A stretch of DNA of 64,000 bases from a virus. Its lineage: Duplodnaviria > Caudoviricetes. A model generated the notes under the pieces. It was given only the letters and a program-made list of their open reading frames with translations. It did no database searches and was not told where the DNA came from. Of this stretch, positions 16,947-27,558 are shown in pieces. A program made the translations under genes and the position numbers. Every line of letters starts with the position of its first letter. The stretch's first letter is position 1. The DNA lies in IMG/VR virus record IMGVR_UViG_3300028854_000488. The stretch is one strand, 5' to 3'.

Positions 16947-17073
16947 TATTTAATTTGTTTTTATTATTCTTTATAATAATTTGTATATATTTCACATTTA
17001 GAATATAATTAAACTATAAAAATACTAATAATTAAAAAAATATAATAATATATACTCAAAAATAATATAGATT

Positions 17074-17316
17074 ATGAAAAAAATAAAGAATTTTTTAGAT
17101 TATAATTCTATGAATGAAAAATGGGAAGAAGATGTTAAAGTTAAGCATACTGGTGAACATGCAGGTAAAACTATTGAAGAATTAAATAATGAATTATCAT
17201 CACTTAAAAAAAGAAGTAAGAAATATCAAGATGAAGGTAAAGATGTGCCTAAGAGTATTATTGATCAAGAGCAAGAAATAAATTTTGCAATTAGAGCAAA
17301 ACGAAATTGGAAATAA
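17074..17316 (+). CDS. Small protein with CTS-like N-terminus
   Basis: MKKIKNFLDYNSMNE; AATATATA upstream. Confidence 0.65.
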   Translation: MKKIKNFLDYNSMNEKWEEDVKVKHTGEHAGKTIEELNNELSSLKKRSKKYQDEGKDVPKSIIDQEQEINFAIRAKRNWK

Positions 17317-17345
17317 AAAAAGCTTCTAAAAAGAAGCTTTTTTTT
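17315..17345. terminator. Bidirectional terminator
   Basis: AAAAAAAGCTTC-TAAAAA-GAAGCTTTTTTT. Confidence 0.8.
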
Positions 17346-17346
17346 A

Positions 17347-17868
17347 TTAGTGTTGACTAACTGTTATATTCTTTAAATTATTAAATAATCCATCGTGTTC
17401 AAGTGCGCTATAATAGTTTCCGTCATTATCTGAATAGCTGAAGCAATACATTACTGATCCAGTTACTTCTTTTCCATCAATTATTTGAAGTTTTAACTTT
17501 CTTATATTAAAGAAATCTTTAAGTATTTTTGCTGAATATTTATTTGTAGCATTGTTATATGCTGTCCATCTATCAGATGAATCCTCTATATATTTAAAAT
17601 CATCATATTCAGGCGCTCCATCTCCATAATATCCGCTACTTAAAATTTCAATAGCTTTTTCAGTATTATTTTTAGTTTGATCACATATGTCAGACCATAC
17701 AGTCATTGCAACTTGTTCAACTGAATAAGTATTATCAAAATCATAATATGATTGATTTTTAGTGAATAACATATTTTTTACATCATTTACACATTTAGGT
17801 TCCATTGGAAAAATAACGATAAAACTACTTGATGATGAGTTACTAACAAAACCATTTCTTATTTTCAT
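17347..17868 (-). CDS. MKIRxGFVSNSSSSSF family protein 1
   Basis: MKIRNGFVSNSSSSSFIV. Confidence 0.8.
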   Translation of the reverse strand: MKIRNGFVSNSSSSSFIVIFPMEPKCVNDVKNMLFTKNQSYYDFDNTYSVEQVAMTVWSDICDQTKNNTEKAIEILSSGYYGDGAPEYDDFKYIEDSSDRWTAYNNATNKYSAKILKDFFNIRKLKLQIIDGKEVTGSVMYCFSYSDNDGNYYSALEHDGLFNNLKNITVSQH

Positions 17869-18035
17869 ATTATTTTATTTTTATCTTTTTTATTAGTTAA
17901 ATCTATTTTGATGTCTGGTTTTTTGAAAATTGCTTCAAAAATTCCTACAATAAAACTTCCTATAATAGAAATTATTAAAAAACATCCAATAAATGTCCAA
18001 AAATCTGAAGTTACATATTTTAAAATTTCTATCAT
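17865..18035 (-). CDS. 56-aa single-TM protein
   Basis: Manual translation MIEILKYVTSDFWTFIGCFLIISIIGSFIVGIFEAIF...; ATGA overlap with the next gene. Confidence 0.5.
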   Translation of the reverse strand: MIEILKYVTSDFWTFIGCFLIISIIGSFIVGIFEAIFKKPDIKIDLTNKKDKNKII

Positions 18036-18670
18036 ATATTTTTATTTATTTCGTCTAATTTATCTTTTCTTTTATATATTGGATTACACACTAAACATAT
18101 AAGTCCATGTTTTTTTGTGTTCCACATATCATAATAATCGCCATTTTTCTTACATTTTGGACAATATGTTGAACTTTCTTTACCAACTATTTTAAAATCT
18201 AAAGAATAATAATCATTATCAAAAGCATCAAAATCATTTTCATATTTAGTTAAATATTCTATAGTATTCCAGTCATCACTATTAACTTTATAATTTTGTT
18301 GTATTATTCTTAATTCTGATATCGCATCATCTGATAATTTTGTATTATATTCATACAACTCCCAATCTTCGTTATTGCATGTAGAAACTAAATAGCGATC
18401 AGCTACTTTTTTTATATATGTATCATAGTTACAACTTTGAAAGGTTATAGCTTGATTTTCATCTATATTTTTTAATATATTAATATATGAATTATATTCA
18501 GTTATACTATATGCATCATATTCTTTATTTTTCATATCATTATCAATATATTGTTCATATTTTACATTAATCATATATGTAGCAAGATCACGTACACTCT
18601 TAAAACTTTTATCAGAAATTATAAAACTACTAGATGACGAATTACTTACAAATCCACTTCTTATTTTCAT
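18032..18670 (-). CDS. MKIRxGFVSNSSSSSF family protein 2 with C-terminal Zn ribbon
   Basis: MKIRSGFVSNSSSSSF; CPKC...CLVC; ends KRKDKLDEI. Confidence 0.8.
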   Translation of the reverse strand: MKIRSGFVSNSSSSSFIISDKSFKSVRDLATYMINVKYEQYIDNDMKNKEYDAYSITEYNSYINILKNIDENQAITFQSCNYDTYIKKVADRYLVSTCNNEDWELYEYNTKLSDDAISELRIIQQNYKVNSDDWNTIEYLTKYENDFDAFDNDYYSLDFKIVGKESSTYCPKCKKNGDYYDMWNTKKHGLICLVCNPIYKRKDKLDEINKNI

Positions 18671-18684
18671 TTTTATTATTTATA

Positions 18685-18987
18685 TTAACAATATCTAGTT
18701 CCAGTTATTAATTCAACTTCACTGATATCAACATTTAATGTTTCAGATACCAATTTAGATTTTTCTATTATATCATCTATTGATGTTATACTACTATATA
18801 ATTCTTCTCCATTTGAAATTATATAACCAATAATATAATTATAGTTAGTCATATCCACATAAAGTGTTTCTATTCCATTATCAAACCCTTGTTCAATTTC
18901 TTCTTCTGTACAATCTAATCTTTTGACTCCAATTATTACAAAACTACTTGAACTTGAATTACTTACAAATCCTGTTCTTATTTTCAT
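18685..18987 (-). CDS. MKIRxGFVSNSSSSSF family protein 3
   Basis: MKIRTGFVSNSSSSSF. Confidence 0.8.
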   Translation of the reverse strand: MKIRTGFVSNSSSSSFVIIGVKRLDCTEEEIEQGFDNGIETLYVDMTNYNYIIGYIISNGEELYSSITSIDDIIEKSKLVSETLNVDISEVELITGTRYC

Positions 18988-19007
18988 TTTTTATTTATCT
19001 TTTATTT

Positions 19008-20042
19008 TTATAATAAATGTGGTTTTGCTTCAGCAATTCCAGCATTTGTTACTTGAACCCATTTTGGATTATATTCAGATAGATTGTTAGCTCCACCATA
19101 AGATAATGCTGAACGAACTCCATCTATTAATCCTTCTATTACAAATTTGACACCACCTTTAAATGGTATTGTTGTTGACTCACCTTCCACGTTTCTTTCT
19201 GCTTGATTGTGAACAGTTTTTGTTTCTAATGAAGCAGAGCCTCTATAACGTTTATATAAGCCATTAGAACTCTCTATAATCTTTCCTGGTGACTCTTCTG
19301 TTCCAGCTAATAGAGAACCTAACATAACACTAGATGATCCTAATGCAAGAGCCTTAGAAATATCACCGCTATTTCTAATTCCTCCATCTGCCATAACAGG
19401 AACTTTAGCAACAGATATAATATCAATTAAACTTGTTACACTTGGTATTCCAAATCCTGTTTTTAACCTTGTTGTACATAACGCCCCATTTCCAATTCCG
19501 CATCTTAATCCATCAGCACCCCAATTCTGTAAATCAATTGCTGCTTCTGCTGTTGCAATGTTACCTGCAATTACATCAATATTTAAATTTAAGCCTTTAA
19601 TTGCTTCAATTGCTTTTTTGACATTTATATGATGTCCATGAGCAACATCAATAAGAATGACATTTACTCCAGATTTAATTAATTCTTTTGCTCTTTCTAA
19701 AAAATCTCCAGTTGATCCTACTGCAGCCATTATTGGAATTTTACGTCCAATAAAAGGATTATGAGAACTATTATTAATATAATTAGTTAATTTTTTAATT
19801 TCAACAATTTGATCTTCTATAGTCATAAATCTATGAATACATCCAATGCCTCCTAATTGAAACATTTTACATGCCATTTCATATTCACAAACTGTATCCA
19901 TTGGTGATGCAACTAATGGTATAATTAATTCATAATTTTTTGATAACTTTGTTATTAAACTAATTTCACTTCTATGTTCTACTTCAGAATATGATGGTAT
20001 GTTTTGAATATCGTCATATGTTAATGCTATATTATTTATCAT
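19008..20042 (-). CDS. guaB: IMP dehydrogenase / GMP reductase family protein, no CBS domain
   Basis: ASPMDTV, IDVAHGH, GNIAT, GIGNGALCTTR, ADGGIR, YRGSAS, EG motifs; GuaB vs GuaC not resolved. Confidence 0.85.
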   Translation of the reverse strand: MINNIALTYDDIQNIPSYSEVEHRSEISLITKLSKNYELIIPLVASPMDTVCEYEMACKMFQLGGIGCIHRFMTIEDQIVEIKKLTNYINNSSHNPFIGRKIPIMAAVGSTGDFLERAKELIKSGVNVILIDVAHGHHINVKKAIEAIKGLNLNIDVIAGNIATAEAAIDLQNWGADGLRCGIGNGALCTTRLKTGFGIPSVTSLIDIISVAKVPVMADGGIRNSGDISKALALGSSSVMLGSLLAGTEESPGKIIESSNGLYKRYRGSASLETKTVHNQAERNVEGESTTIPFKGGVKFVIEGLIDGVRSALSYGGANNLSEYNPKWVQVTNAGIAEAKPHLL

Positions 20043-20087
20043 TTTTTATTTTATATTTTATATTATTTAATTTTTATTTAATTTTCA

Positions 20088-20531
20088 TTAAAATGATATT
20101 AATTTTAAATATCTACTATCAAAATTAATACTATTATTTATATGAGATCGTAATATTGGATGCAATTTAAAACTTAAATCTGAATCAGATATTATATCAA
20201 TATTTCCAATATATTTTTCGAAATTTTTAATTACATTTTTAGTATTATTAATATTAGAATTTAATATAAAATTAATAATATTTAATAATTCAAAATCTTG
20301 CTTATTAATTTTCCATATTTCACAATATTTAGACCAAAAATTCATATCATAATCTATCTCTTGTTTCTTATAATTATTTTCAATATCACATATAAAAATA
20401 TTTTTACCTAATTTATTAAAAAAAGTCATTGATTTTTCTATTAAATAATCAGGTGATGTATATATGATTTTATTATCATTTAACATAATACCAAGGTAAT
20501 AAAATATATTATGAATTTGATTTTTTGTCAT
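20088..20531 (-). CDS. Hypothetical protein
   Basis: ORF in the minus-strand operon. Confidence 0.6.
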   Translation of the reverse strand: MTKNQIHNIFYYLGIMLNDNKIIYTSPDYLIEKSMTFFNKLGKNIFICDIENNYKKQEIDYDMNFWSKYCEIWKINKQDFELLNIINFILNSNINNTKNVIKNFEKYIGNIDIISDSDLSFKLHPILRSHINNSINFDSRYLKLISF

Positions 20532-20556
20532 AATTTTTTTAATTATAAATAATTAT

Positions 20557-20949
20557 TTAATAATTGTCATTACTTACCATTTGAATATACGTGCAAATTA
20601 CTCCTGAAATTCCATATTTTTCAAATTTTTGACGTAATGCATCATCTTCTTCTGGTGTACGATCTTTAAATTCTGTTACTTCACCATCTTCTAATCCACC
20701 GAGTGAATCACCTACAATAAGAGTATTATAATCTTTTTCTCCAAAATAATTACCATTTACTTCAATTCTGAAATCATCATCAATTTTATTTGATATAAAT
20801 TCATATTTATCATATTCATCTTCAATATTATCAAATTCTTCAATAGGAATATTTAATACTTTAACTAATTCTTCTACTGTAATTTTAATTCCTCTTATCA
20901 CAAAAGATGAACTACTTGAATTACTTACAAAACCATTTCTTATTTTCAT
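20557..20949 (-). CDS. MKIRxGFVSNSSSSSF family protein 4
   Basis: MKIRNGFVSNSSSSSF. Confidence 0.8.
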   Translation of the reverse strand: MKIRNGFVSNSSSSSFVIRGIKITVEELVKVLNIPIEEFDNIEDEYDKYEFISNKIDDDFRIEVNGNYFGEKDYNTLIVGDSLGGLEDGEVTEFKDRTPEEDDALRQKFEKYGISGVICTYIQMVSNDNY

Positions 20950-20968
20950 TTAATTTTTTTTTTTAATT

Positions 20969-21412
20969 TTAATAACTTCCTCCACTTTGAATACGAATGT
21001 TATCATTATCAACATTTATTCCTTTATCACATAGATAAGATTCTAGTCCATCACCAGAATCATCAGATGCTGAACATTCATAATAACGATATTCTTTATT
21101 CTTTATTTTTTCTAACTCTTCTCTTGAAATATCAGGACAACTATCATTTATAATTATATTTATCATATCTTCTTCTGATAAATTTTTATCTTCTGAATAA
21201 CAATAATTATTAAATATATCTTTAATAGTCATTTCTTTTAGATTTTCTAACATCCAATTAGATAATTCAGAAGCAAATCCACATAGAATAGAGTTTTCTT
21301 TTAAATCAAATAATTTCATAAGCATATTATTTGATATTTTTTGATCATTTTTAATAAGAACTATAAAAGAACTACTACTACTGTTGCTTACAAATCCATT
21401 TCGTATTTTCAT
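20969..21412 (-). CDS. MKIRxGFVSNSSSSSF family protein 5
   Basis: MKIRNGFVSNSSSSSF. Confidence 0.8.
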   Translation of the reverse strand: MKIRNGFVSNSSSSSFIVLIKNDQKISNNMLMKLFDLKENSILCGFASELSNWMLENLKEMTIKDIFNNYCYSEDKNLSEEDMINIIINDSCPDISREELEKIKNKEYRYYECSASDDSGDGLESYLCDKGINVDNDNIRIQSGGSY

Positions 21413-21413
21413 A

Positions 21414-21767
21414 TTATTTATTATTTAAAATTTCATTAATTTTATTTTTATTTGCAATAATAATTTTGCCTTCATCTGGTCCACCTTCAACTTCTGCAAT
21501 TACATATGGCTTAACTAATTTATCTAAATGATCAGGAAAATCGAAATCTTCAAATTCATCTGTATTACAATACTCATATATGGAATCATACCATAATTCT
21601 TCATTGTCGATGAGCATTTTTAATAAGTCTTTAAATCCATCTAATGGAAAATCTTCATATTTATTAGTAATCTTATCATAATCAATAACATCAAGAAAAT
21701 TCTCAGGTAACAGAATTACAAAAGACGAACTACTTGAGTTGCTCACAAATCCACTTCTTATTTTCAT
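21414..21767 (-). CDS. MKIRxGFVSNSSSSSF family protein 6
   Basis: MKIRSGFVSNSSSSSF. Confidence 0.8.
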   Translation of the reverse strand: MKIRSGFVSNSSSSSFVILLPENFLDVIDYDKITNKYEDFPLDGFKDLLKMLIDNEELWYDSIYEYCNTDEFEDFDFPDHLDKLVKPYVIAEVEGGPDEGKIIIANKNKINEILNNK

Positions 21768-21792
21768 ATTATTTATATTTAAATTTTATTAT

Positions 21793-22306
21793 TTAGTTTA
21801 TTAATCTATCAATTCCTATTGCAAATCCAACTCCTCCATCATATTCTCCCCCACCACAAATTTGTTTTGATGAACCTAATTTTTCACAAGTGATTTCAAA
21901 TCCTTTACCGTCTTTATAATAATCAAGTCCTCGTTTAACATCATTATTAATGATATAATTATCAATATTGACAGTGAAATTATTTGTTAATAATTTCATT
22001 GCTAAATGTTGTAAATTTGCTCCTTCAGATAGATAATCATGAGTAGGATTTAATATTTCAACTCCAAATTGTGTAAATTCTCGGAATCTTGCATATTGTG
22101 GTTTTTCACCACGGAAACATCATGTTGTTATTCTCTTCACCAACTTTATTTTTGAATAATTCTTGAAGTTGAATAATAGGTATTTGAATTTCTTGAAAAT
22201 GATATTCATCAATTAATATTGTAATCATAGAATTAATCAAGTTTCTCTTTTCATTACCAACTAAAATTCTGGTTCCTTTATAACAAGTTTCTTTTATTAT
22301 TTTCAT
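21793..22306 (-). pseudogene. hisS: Histidyl-tRNA-synthetase-like catalytic core, frameshifted by an internal deletion
   Basis: Frame A: YKGTR...FQEIQIPII...KVGEENNNMMF. Shifted frame from 22119: CFRGEKPQYARFREFTQFGVE (motif 2)...GGGEYDGGVGFAIGIDRL (motif 3). No anticodon-binding domain. Confidence 0.75.
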
Positions 22307-22749
22307 TTACGATAATTTCTTTTATTATTATATTGTTTTATTTTTTGAGTATCCATTTTTGATTTATTTTTATTGTTGAATACTTTTATTTCTCTTTGAT
22401 ATTGGTTATTAATCTCATCAATTATTTTACAATCATCATATGTATACCAATACATTGTACTATAATTAGATATAGATTTATTATTATCAATTCTTGAATT
22501 TTGAATAAAATCTAAAATTAAATATTCAGAACTATAATATTCTATTTTGTTATCTAAATTTAATATTTTTAATTTCCTTATTAATTGTGTATCAACACTG
22601 AAATTTATAATACCAGTACACACATTATCAATATGTAATCCAAAATATTCTAATTTACTAAATTTAATAATTCTTTTTTTATAACATTTGATAGCATCAT
22701 CATTACATTTTGAGACATCAAAAGTAAAGTATGTAATATTATCTATCAT
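22303..22749 (-). CDS. Hypothetical protein
   Basis: ATGA-coupled ORF; internal IRKLKILNL. Confidence 0.6.
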   Translation of the reverse strand: MIDNITYFTFDVSKCNDDAIKCYKKRIIKFSKLEYFGLHIDNVCTGIINFSVDTQLIRKLKILNLDNKIEYYSSEYLILDFIQNSRIDNNKSISNYSTMYWYTYDDCKIIDEINNQYQREIKVFNNKNKSKMDTQKIKQYNNKRNYRK

Positions 22750-23048
22750 TTTTCTAACTCTTTTTTAGTAATATATTCAATAACTTCTTTTGATTTTTTA
22801 ATTTCAGACATTACAAATAAGTATAATGTATCTTTAATGATAATTTTTTCTCCATTTGAAGAATTATCTAATATTTTTAATAAATTATTAATAGGACCTA
22901 TTTTATTTCTAATATCAGCAAGTTCTTCAAATTGTATTTTTTCAATTTCTTTAAGAAGATCTTGTTTATCATTCCAACTTGATGTTGGTTGTTGATCAGA
23001 ATCAAATTTCCAAAAACTATTTATTAATTTTGATATTTTTTTTATCAT
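22746..23048 (-). CDS. Hypothetical protein
   Basis: ATGA-coupled ORF. Confidence 0.6.
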   Translation of the reverse strand: MIKKISKLINSFWKFDSDQQPTSSWNDKQDLLKEIEKIQFEELADIRNKIGPINNLLKILDNSSNGEKIIIKDTLYLFVMSEIKKSKEVIEYITKKELEK

Positions 23049-23302
23049 ATTGTTTTATTTAATTCTTTTAATTTATTTAACCTTAATAATTTAGTTTTAT
23101 GATATTTAATCTTATTTAAGAATAAATGTTTATCTGAGAATTCTCCTAAATAAATGTCAAAACCTCCATAATATAACTTGAAACTATCATTAACATTTAA
23201 ATATTCAATTTCCATTGCACGATAAGAAGATTTAGTATCATACCAAATATCATCTTCAATATCATATTTAAAATTATTTAATATTAGATCAGTATATTTC
23301 AT
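23045..23302 (-). CDS. Hypothetical protein with RKxKL-like tag
   Basis: Ends LRLNKLKELNKTI. Confidence 0.6.
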   Translation of the reverse strand: MKYTDLILNNFKYDIEDDIWYDTKSSYRAMEIEYLNVNDSFKLYYGGFDIYLGEFSDKHLFLNKIKYHKTKLLRLNKLKELNKTI

Positions 23303-23351
23303 ATAATAAAGTTACTATTTATTTTTGAAATTGCCAAATTATTTTTGAATT

Positions 23352-23825
23352 TTATTCTATTATTTTATATTTATTATTATCTAAGCATATAACTTCCTTA
23401 TAATCATCTTTATATTTTAATCCAGGTAAATACGTATCAATATCACATGATATATAATCAATATAATATGAAGTTTGCTCATATTTTCTATATGATCCAT
23501 ACCAAATTAAAGTATAATTATCATTTATATTTACTTTATTTTCTCTCCAAATATAGCCTTGTTTACCTAAAACGCTAATTAAATCGTTATTATATTTTCT
23601 ACAATACCCGCATATCGGTAAATCAACATGTTTTCTAACTATTTCATATCCAATTTTATTCAATTCTTCGAATATGTCTTTCACCATCTGTTCAGCTTCT
23701 TCTACTTGAAGTACTGCATACACGCCTTCTTTATTTTCTGTATATCTTGATATATAAATTGCTTCATAAAGAGCAAATTCAATTAACTCTATCTCTTTTT
23801 TTATTGATAAATCTTCTGTTGTCAT
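23352..23825 (-). CDS. Hypothetical protein
   Basis: 157-aa ORF. Confidence 0.6.
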   Translation of the reverse strand: MTTEDLSIKKEIELIEFALYEAIYISRYTENKEGVYAVLQVEEAEQMVKDIFEELNKIGYEIVRKHVDLPICGYCRKYNNDLISVLGKQGYIWRENKVNINDNYTLIWYGSYRKYEQTSYYIDYISCDIDTYLPGLKYKDDYKEVICLDNNKYKIIE

Positions 23826-23844
23826 AATTTAATATATTTAATGA

Positions 23845-24761
<917 letters not shown>

Positions 24762-24798
24762 ATGCTTAATTATTTAGTGTAATATATTATTTAGTTTG

Positions 24799-24830
24799 CA
24801 AATATACAAATAAAAATTGAATAAACCAAA
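24799..24830 (-). promoter_or_regulatory. Bacteroidota-type promoter
   Basis: TTTG-N20-TATATTTG. Confidence 0.75.
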
Positions 24831-25028
24831 CTTAATATATACAATTAAAAATGAAATGATATATATTAACGAATTTGAATACTTTTTATTTGAAAGACAA
24901 CATGTTGATGGTGTTATTGATAGAGTAGAACAAGATAAAAATGATTCAATAGAGAACGAAGGTTATTTTGAACAAGATATAAATTATGATGAATATAAAA
25001 AATCCTGAAAATAAGGACTTTTTATTTT

Positions 25029-25868
25029 TTATAAATCAGTAATAACTTCATCAATAACTTTATTCAATTTTAAAATATGTTTTTTTAATTTATATTTGAA
25101 TCTCTTATTCCAATTATTAAAATATTCAATTATTTCATTTTCATTGCTAACATTAGTTATAAATGAAAAATTTATAAAATTATTTTTTAATTCATTATTA
25201 AAATCATTAATTAATATGCAAGTCAAATTAACACCAAGTATTTCTATTAAATCACTTGTGTATGATTTTGGATTAAAATTATCAATCTCTTTATATTTTT
25301 TCCAAATATGAGTAGTTTTTAATATATTAAATAATTGTATTTTATCTTTGATATTTTTAAATTTTAATAATTGATATGTTTGAGAAACTCTAGCATTTAA
25401 TTCATTATCTAATGTTAAATAAACTATATTTCTAAAATATGAGAATATATCAAAATTGTCTTGCTTAATCGTTTGTATTAAAGATTTTTTAATATTATTA
25501 TAAAGTGGTAATTTTTTATTATTTTTAACAATATTATAAAACTCATACAAATGTGTTAGCTCATGTGTAACAATTTCAATTAAATAATAATGATCAACAT
25601 CTTCTATAAATGGTAAATCAAATTTTATTGATAAATTATTCAAAATATCATCATCAGTATTTTTTTTAACAAAAAATGCTGAATTATAATCTCTAGTTAT
25701 ATTATTAACTTCTATTGAAATTTTATTAATTAATTTTAATTCTGATATATCTATTTCTATATCAAAAACTTTAATGTCTTTGAAAATATTACCAACTATT
25801 ATGGTAGATAATTTTTTTATAAAGTTAGATATACCCTTACCTTCATTTAAATAATCATAATATGTCAA
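25029..25868 (-). CDS. HExxH zincin-like protein, paralog A
   Basis: IVTHELTHLYE...YLTLDNELNAR; N-terminus YLNEGKG. Confidence 0.6.
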   Translation of the reverse strand: MTYYDYLNEGKGISNFIKKLSTIIVGNIFKDIKVFDIEIDISELKLINKISIEVNNITRDYNSAFFVKKNTDDDILNNLSIKFDLPFIEDVDHYYLIEIVTHELTHLYEFYNIVKNNKKLPLYNNIKKSLIQTIKQDNFDIFSYFRNIVYLTLDNELNARVSQTYQLLKFKNIKDKIQLFNILKTTHIWKKYKEIDNFNPKSYTSDLIEILGVNLTCILINDFNNELKNNFINFSFITNVSNENEIIEYFNNWNKRFKYKLKKHILKLNKVIDEVITDL

Positions 25869-26009
25869 TTCAATTATTTATTTTTATAATAGTATATATT
25901 AAATTATATTGATTCAAACAGGTTTCTTTTTTATCATATTTTCAATATAATTATTTTTTGAATTTTTATATTATTTTACTCTATTTTTATTATATACCAA
26001 TAATAATAT

Positions 26010-26204
26010 TTATTGCTTCTTTGAGTAAGGAGTGACATTATAACCTTTAGATTCAAAATCTTTACGTATAAGATGCTCAATATATTTTGACCTATTCACA
26101 TTATTTTCTTTTAAATAATCTTCCATAATATCATCTAATTTATTATCAATTGTTATTGAAATACCAGGTTTTTTATTCTCATCAGATAATTTTTTTCTAG
26201 ACAT
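26010..26204 (-). CDS. Ribbon-helix-helix-like protein
   Basis: ISITIDNKL...NRSKYIEHLI. Confidence 0.6.
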   Translation of the reverse strand: MSRKKLSDENKKPGISITIDNKLDDIMEDYLKENNVNRSKYIEHLIRKDFESKGYNVTPYSKKQ

Positions 26205-26350
26205 AATTCTTTTTTATTTCATATATAATAATTTTTATAAATAGTTTTGAAAATATGTTATATAACATATAAAAAATATAATAAAAACATGAAAATAACA
26301 TTTTTTGACTTTTAAATATTTATATATAGTAATAAATAAAATAAGTTATT

Positions 26351-26515
26351 ATGAATAATATAAAAACAAAAATCGCAAGAAGAGTTTCAATAGATAGAAA
26401 ACTTGATAATCTAATGAATGAAAAAATATCAAATAAGTCAAAGTATATTGAGTATCTAATATATCAGGACTTGAGTAAATTGAATGACGAAAGAATTAAA
26501 AAAATAATATTGTAA
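26351..26515 (+). CDS. Ribbon-helix-helix-like protein (54 aa, not in track)
   Basis: MNNIKTKIARRVSIDRKLDNLMNEKISNKSKYIEYLIYQDL...KKIIL. Confidence 0.6.
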   Translation: MNNIKTKIARRVSIDRKLDNLMNEKISNKSKYIEYLIYQDLSKLNDERIKKIIL

Positions 26516-26517
26516 AA

Positions 26518-27558
26518 ATGGAAGAATGTAAAATATGTAATAAAAAGTTTAAAAGTTGGGGAGGGTTAATTAAACACGTAATTTCATCTCACAATGTTTC
26601 TAAAAAATACTATTATGACTCTTTCTATAAAAAAGAGAATGAAGGAATATGTCCTGTTTGTGGCGAAGAAGCAAGTTTTAATAAAAGAGCATTTGGCTAT
26701 TTTATACATTGTTCAAATAAATGTGTAAATAAAAATCCAAAAACAAGGGAGAAAATAATAGAAACAAATATGATAAGATATGGAGTATCAAATAATACTC
26801 AATTAGATTACTATAAAAATTTAAATCGTGAAATTTGGAAAAATAAATCAAAAGAAGATCTTGACAGTATTGTACAAAAAACAAAAAATACATGTTTAGA
26901 AAAATATGGTGAAGATAATCCTGCAAAATTAGATGATGTTAAACAAAAAATGAAAGATTCTTGTTTAGAAAAATTTGGAACAGAATACGCATTACAAAAT
27001 AAAGATGTGATAGAAAAAAGAAAAATGACAAATTTAGAAAAATATGGTGTTGAAAATGTATTTCAAATTCCAGATATTATTAAAAAATTACGTCAAAACA
27101 TGATTGATAAAGGATATAGAGTAGATGAAAACGATTATACAAAATTTGAAAATTATTATAAAAAATGTCAAAGTTTAACAAAAATAAACATTAGAGCTAC
27201 CAATTTTAAAGAAAATTGGAATGGTTATGATTATTATGATAATGAATATATAAAAGATAATTATGTATTATATGAACAAAATAATGAAAATTATCCAAAT
27301 ATTGATCATAAAATAAGTATAATTTATGGATTTTTAAACGATATAAATTATGAAGATATTTGTGCTATTGAAAATCTATGTTTCACTAAAAGAAGACATA
27401 ATGCATCAAAACACACAAAAAATGAAGATGATTATAAAAAAGTGACAATTTTTAATTGTCACTTTTTATTAAATTTTATATATCGGACAATCTCTACCGC
27501 AAGACAACAAATTATTTTTAAAATTTTTAGTTTTTTCGTTATTCCAAATATCAGTTAA
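26518..27558 (+). CDS. Zn-finger/repeat HNH-type endonuclease
   Basis: C2H2 and CPVC...CSNKC fingers; T.LEKYG repeats; NIDHKISI...NL...N core. Confidence 0.65.
   Translation: MEECKICNKKFKSWGGLIKHVISSHNVSKKYYYDSFYKKENEGICPVCGEEASFNKRAFGYFIHCSNKCVNKNPKTREKIIETNMIRYGVSNNTQLDYYKNLNREIWKNKSKEDLDSIVQKTKNTCLEKYGEDNPAKLDDVKQKMKDSCLEKFGTEYALQNKDVIEKRKMTNLEKYGVENVFQIPDIIKKLRQNMIDKGYRVDENDYTKFENYYKKCQSLTKINIRATNFKENWNGYDYYDNEYIKDNYVLYEQNNENYPNIDHKISIIYGFLNDINYEDICAIENLCFTKRRHNASKHTKNEDDYKKVTIFNCHFLLNFIYRTISTARQQIIFKIFSFFVIPNIS

Noticed and set aside
17347-21767. SNSSSSSF starts as a DNA repeat, DGR template or att site
   Set aside because: Synonymous and TCN/AGY codon switching shows protein-level conservation, and no reverse transcriptase or integrase is in the window.
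24817-25008. 63-aa + strand ORF
   Set aside because: The TTG start overlaps the minus-strand promoter. A shorter ATG-started peptide after TTAATATATA may be real but is too weakly supported to call.
26518-27558. C-terminal extension of the HNH ORF overlapping the radical SAM gene
   Set aside because: The last roughly 35 residues are antisense read-through into the convergent gene and look non-functional; not treated as a separate feature.
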